Shown one piece after another: positions 48,725-52,291 of a DNA stretch of 52,291 nucleotides (position 1 is the stretch's first letter; each line of letters begins with the position of its first letter). The notes beneath the pieces were generated by a model. It did no database searches. It saw only the letters and a list, made by a program, of their open reading frames with translations, and was not told where the DNA came from. The position numbers and the translations under genes were made by a program. The DNA comes from Nemertoderma westbladi (lineage: Eukaryota; Animalia; Xenacoelomorpha): contig JAUCBJ010000210.1 of the NCBI GenBank assembly GCA_032718475.1, positions 1 through 52,291 of the forward strand, given 5' to 3'.

Positions 48725-51672
48725 CACTAGAAGCCCCAGAGAAATTGACCCCCTTTAAGCCCCGCAGGGGTCATTTTTGACCGCCACTTGAAATCAGAAT
48801 GAAATTGGCTTGTTACACCCGCAGAGATAGCATATTAGTATATATATAGCATATATTCTATACATATGTAATAATAAAATATAATATATAGAAATATATA
48901 TTATATATATTATTATATATCTATAAACAGCATATATATACTATTTTTGTTATTAACAATGAATGTTATTAATTTTACGTTTTTATTAAATTTGACCGAT
49001 GAATATTATTCAAATTAAGATCTAAATTGGTATCCTACCTACAAACATACTGATATTTCTATCAGATTTTATAGATAGGCGTTATACTGTATAGTGTATA
49101 TAGCTATATACCTCTATAGAGTAGAATCAGTCGTTGTGACAGTCGTTGCAAATAACACGGACGTATTTTACTTGTTCAGTAATACAATTCCCACAGCGGG
49201 GATGACAACACATTAGACAAGTTAAATTCGTTTTGTTGCCACAGCCCTGTGTGTGACATTGATGCCTCTTTAATGAGACTTTGGCAACACAGTCGGTCGC
49301 CACCAAACAATCAGGTGCGGCGGCTGTTGCCATTGGCAACTCAGGACTACCTGATGTTCTTTGACCGATATATGACTTTGACAGACCAGTGAGGAGTTGA
49401 AACAGAAATGTACGGCGAGAAATCTTCGAACCAACACACTCCTTATAAGTTAGCCAAGAATTTATTCCCGCAATATCCAGAATATTAGCCCAGACAGCCA
49501 TTGGCCAACGTCGACCTTGTATAGACCCGACTCATCTGATCAAAGATGTCAACTCCACACTTATTTGCGTTATAGAATTCGATAATTTCAGGAATTTTTT
49601 TATTCGATTTCGTATCCGTTATTATCGCACTGTCGTGCAGAGTCGATAGTAAGACAACGAATTTGTTCTTCTTACATCGGTAAGACACTGCCAGAGCAGA
49701 ACTTGCTTCGTTCCAGAAGAACCTACTTTCGAACAAATCGCCACCAGATTTCTTGAGCATCTCGTTGTGACACAGTTCTCGCCGATTCTGTCTCATTGTA
49801 CCAACGAGGGTTGTTTTCAGATTTGACAGTTTGGACGCCAGTGTAAGGGAAGTGAAGAAGTTGTCCATGGTTACATTATAGCCCCGATTGAAATGACCGG
49901 CCATCAACTTCAGCACAACATCCTCACCCAGCGGCAGAGTTCTCGACTCTTCTTTACCCAAATACGGGATTATCATTACAACATACTTAGTCGCCATGTC
50001 AACCAAGACCCAAAATTTGAGCCCATACTTATCGGGTTTCTTGGGCATGAAAGATATAAATTTACACCTTCCTTTAAAGGGTAGTAATTGCTCATCTATA
50101 GTTAGTGAATAATTCGGAATGTACTTTGAACTACAGTTTTCAACGAAAATATCGAACACTTCTCTGATGGGGTAAAATACATCTGCACTTGCGATCATAC
50201 CACTTCGCCTAGAAACTCTGTCATCAAAAGCAAAGCAGCGCTTTATTAGAGAAAAACTATTTCTAGACATAATTTCCCGAAAGATATTTATCCCTGTGTG
50301 GTTAGCCCAAAGTAACTTCACTGGCAGATGTTTGCCATAAAATCCACGGGCATATTGTATAGCAATGAAAGCTTCCAGTTCTACAGAAGTCAAATTGAGA
50401 TCTACTTTCAGTTTCTCTTTAGCAAATTTGTTCGTATATTTCAAAATAGTGTTGAGAATTGGTTCAGAAATAAACTCCTTCCAAGCTGTATATTCATCTG
50501 ATACTCTATTCTTTATATAAGGTTTGACACCAACACGTTCCTTGAAAACATTACGTGCAGCTGCTCTACCTTTACATTCACCTGCCTCAAGAACGGACCA
50601 CTTCGTCCCATCCTTACCCATCAATGCGCCCGAGTCTGGATCATCAGATTCAGAGATAGGATCTTCATCCGAATCCGAGCTCGAAAACCCAAGAAACTCA
50701 CAATTGATGTCGCTCTCCCTCTCGCTACTTTCATCTCCGCTACAACTGTATTCATCACCACTTTCTTCTGGGCCTACTGGTACGCCTACCATTATCGGTG
50801 CCAGCTCCGGTACAGGTACAGGTAGTGGTTCAAATGGGGTTTGTCGCGTGACATTCAAATCCCCACAAGTAGAAGCAGATTCGCTTGCAGGAGCAGTACT
50901 ACTACCGCTGGTAGTGTCGGATGCTGCTCTTGTCCGCTGACGCAATGGATAGGTTTTTCTAACGGCATCCATGGTGAAATCCTCTTACTGATACCGGTAC
51001 CTAATATCTTTCACCTTTACAGTAGGTATCTGTGTCGTGTGTACCGGTACTGATCTTGTCACAAAATCACAAACCCTAGTGAATCCCACTGCCGTAGTCT
51101 ACCATTATTTTGGCCAGGTTAGTGGTGTGTAGGGCAGTACTGCAGGTCTTGCAGTCCACATTGCCTGAATGAATATTATAAATTACCTATTTAAAATTAC
51201 CACTCTCGAAAATATTTTAAACTATGTTACTAAAAACAATTTATTGATTGGTGGACTATTGCTGGTATTAGGGCGGGTCGGATCCTAACGGATCAGAGCG
51301 GATCCGATCGGATAGAAACCCACAAAATATACTAAGCTACCAAGGCGAGTCTGGGATACTTACTACTGTACTACGGTATAGCAGACTGAGCCTACCTGCA
51401 ATAAACTTAATTTCACTTACCTACCACTTCACTAATACTGTGCGTAACACTATCTAACCATAGCGGTCATTTTTGACCCCTATGGGGCTTTTCGGATATT
51501 TCAATTTTTTGAGAGAACGAAATGAAATTTTTTATTTTCTTTTTCATTTTTGATTACCTAAGGATAACCCGGAAAAGTCAAGAAATTTCATATTTATACA
51601 ATACATAGCAGCAGAGATAATTCGATTTGAATTTGCAAAACGGTCAAAAATGACCGCTTGGGGCTTCTAGTG
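48725..51672 (-). mobile_element. piggyBac transposon, near full length
   Basis: 14-bp TIR cactagaagcccca / tggggcttctagtg; flanks TGAA and TTAA. Confidence 0.92.
49127..50972 (-). pseudogene. piggyBac (PGBD4-like) transposase frameshifted near 49500
   Basis: TIDEQLLPFKGR, MPKKPDKYGLKFW, TMDNFFTS, YNANKCGVDIFDQ; second frame gives AVWANILDIAGINSW and the Cys-rich tail. Confidence 0.93.
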
Positions 51673-52291
51673 TTAAACAAAATAAATAATTAGAATAAAA
51701 CCAGGACTATCTTTATTGCACACATACAGCCTTTACCGTTGCCTTTCGCCTTACCGTTGTACAACACACAGTAACCTTCAGTCTACCGGGTGTTACATAA
51801 TGATTACCCCCCCCCCCCCCCCCTGGCCAGCCAAAACTGCCAGACATTTACTTAGTGTAATATATCATTCAAAAGATAATTGAATTCTGAGCTTGCATGC
51901 AAATATTTAGGGTCCAATACGAAATTATAACAATTTTATACGCAATTCTTTAAACCTACCTTACTTTTTAATATTTTGTGATTTAATCACATATAAAAAA
52001 AAATATAATTTATCCAGCGTTAGTTATCAGCTTTGCAGGTTGCAGCGCTGTTTAAACAGTTATTACTGCCTGACTTTTGTTGTATTGCAATATATTACCG
52101 GTATTAGTGTTTCTTTGGTAATTTTACTGAATTAGGCCTAACAGAAGTAATTAAAATGACAAGTTCCAGTGCAATAATCTTCGATGACTCTGAAGAAAAA
52201 CGTAAGGTTGACAGGATCAGAGATGTTACTTTTAGAGAGGGTCGTTATTCTGTGGCATAATCAAACTGAACTCAAACCAAAACGGCAGGGC

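Noticed and set aside
52156-52260. Short ATG ORF at the window end
   Set aside because: 34 codons, no motif, context truncated

Overview
Eukaryotic, probably invertebrate-animal, genomic DNA: AT-rich, with GT-AG introns and dense mobile DNA. (1) 4.5-10.7 kb: a compact, apparently intact minus-strand virus-like module. It has a 1336-aa Polinton/Adintovirus-type family-B DNA polymerase, an overlapping 177-aa TATA-binding-protein (TBP)-like gene and a 347-aa ORF with a PC4-like ssDNA-binding motif. It is flanked by tandem repeats, but no integrase, capsid, ATPase or protease gene and no long TIRs are visible. (2) A complete but disabled Gypsy LTR element (14233-20031; SCAN-domain gag, 286-bp LTRs, TATT TSD) and a truncated Mag-like Gypsy. 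(3) A 10-exon host gene reconstructed by hand, LRRC27-like (27738-47049, 454 aa). Its introns hold a deleted piggyBac, a four-level nest of DNA transposons (hAT-like > CACTG/EnSpm-like with a PWWP exon > MULE-like > MULE-like), Helentron-like elements and a minisatellite built from its own splice donor. (4) A near-complete frameshifted piggyBac (48725-51672). All protein assignments are motif recognition by eye; no searches were run.
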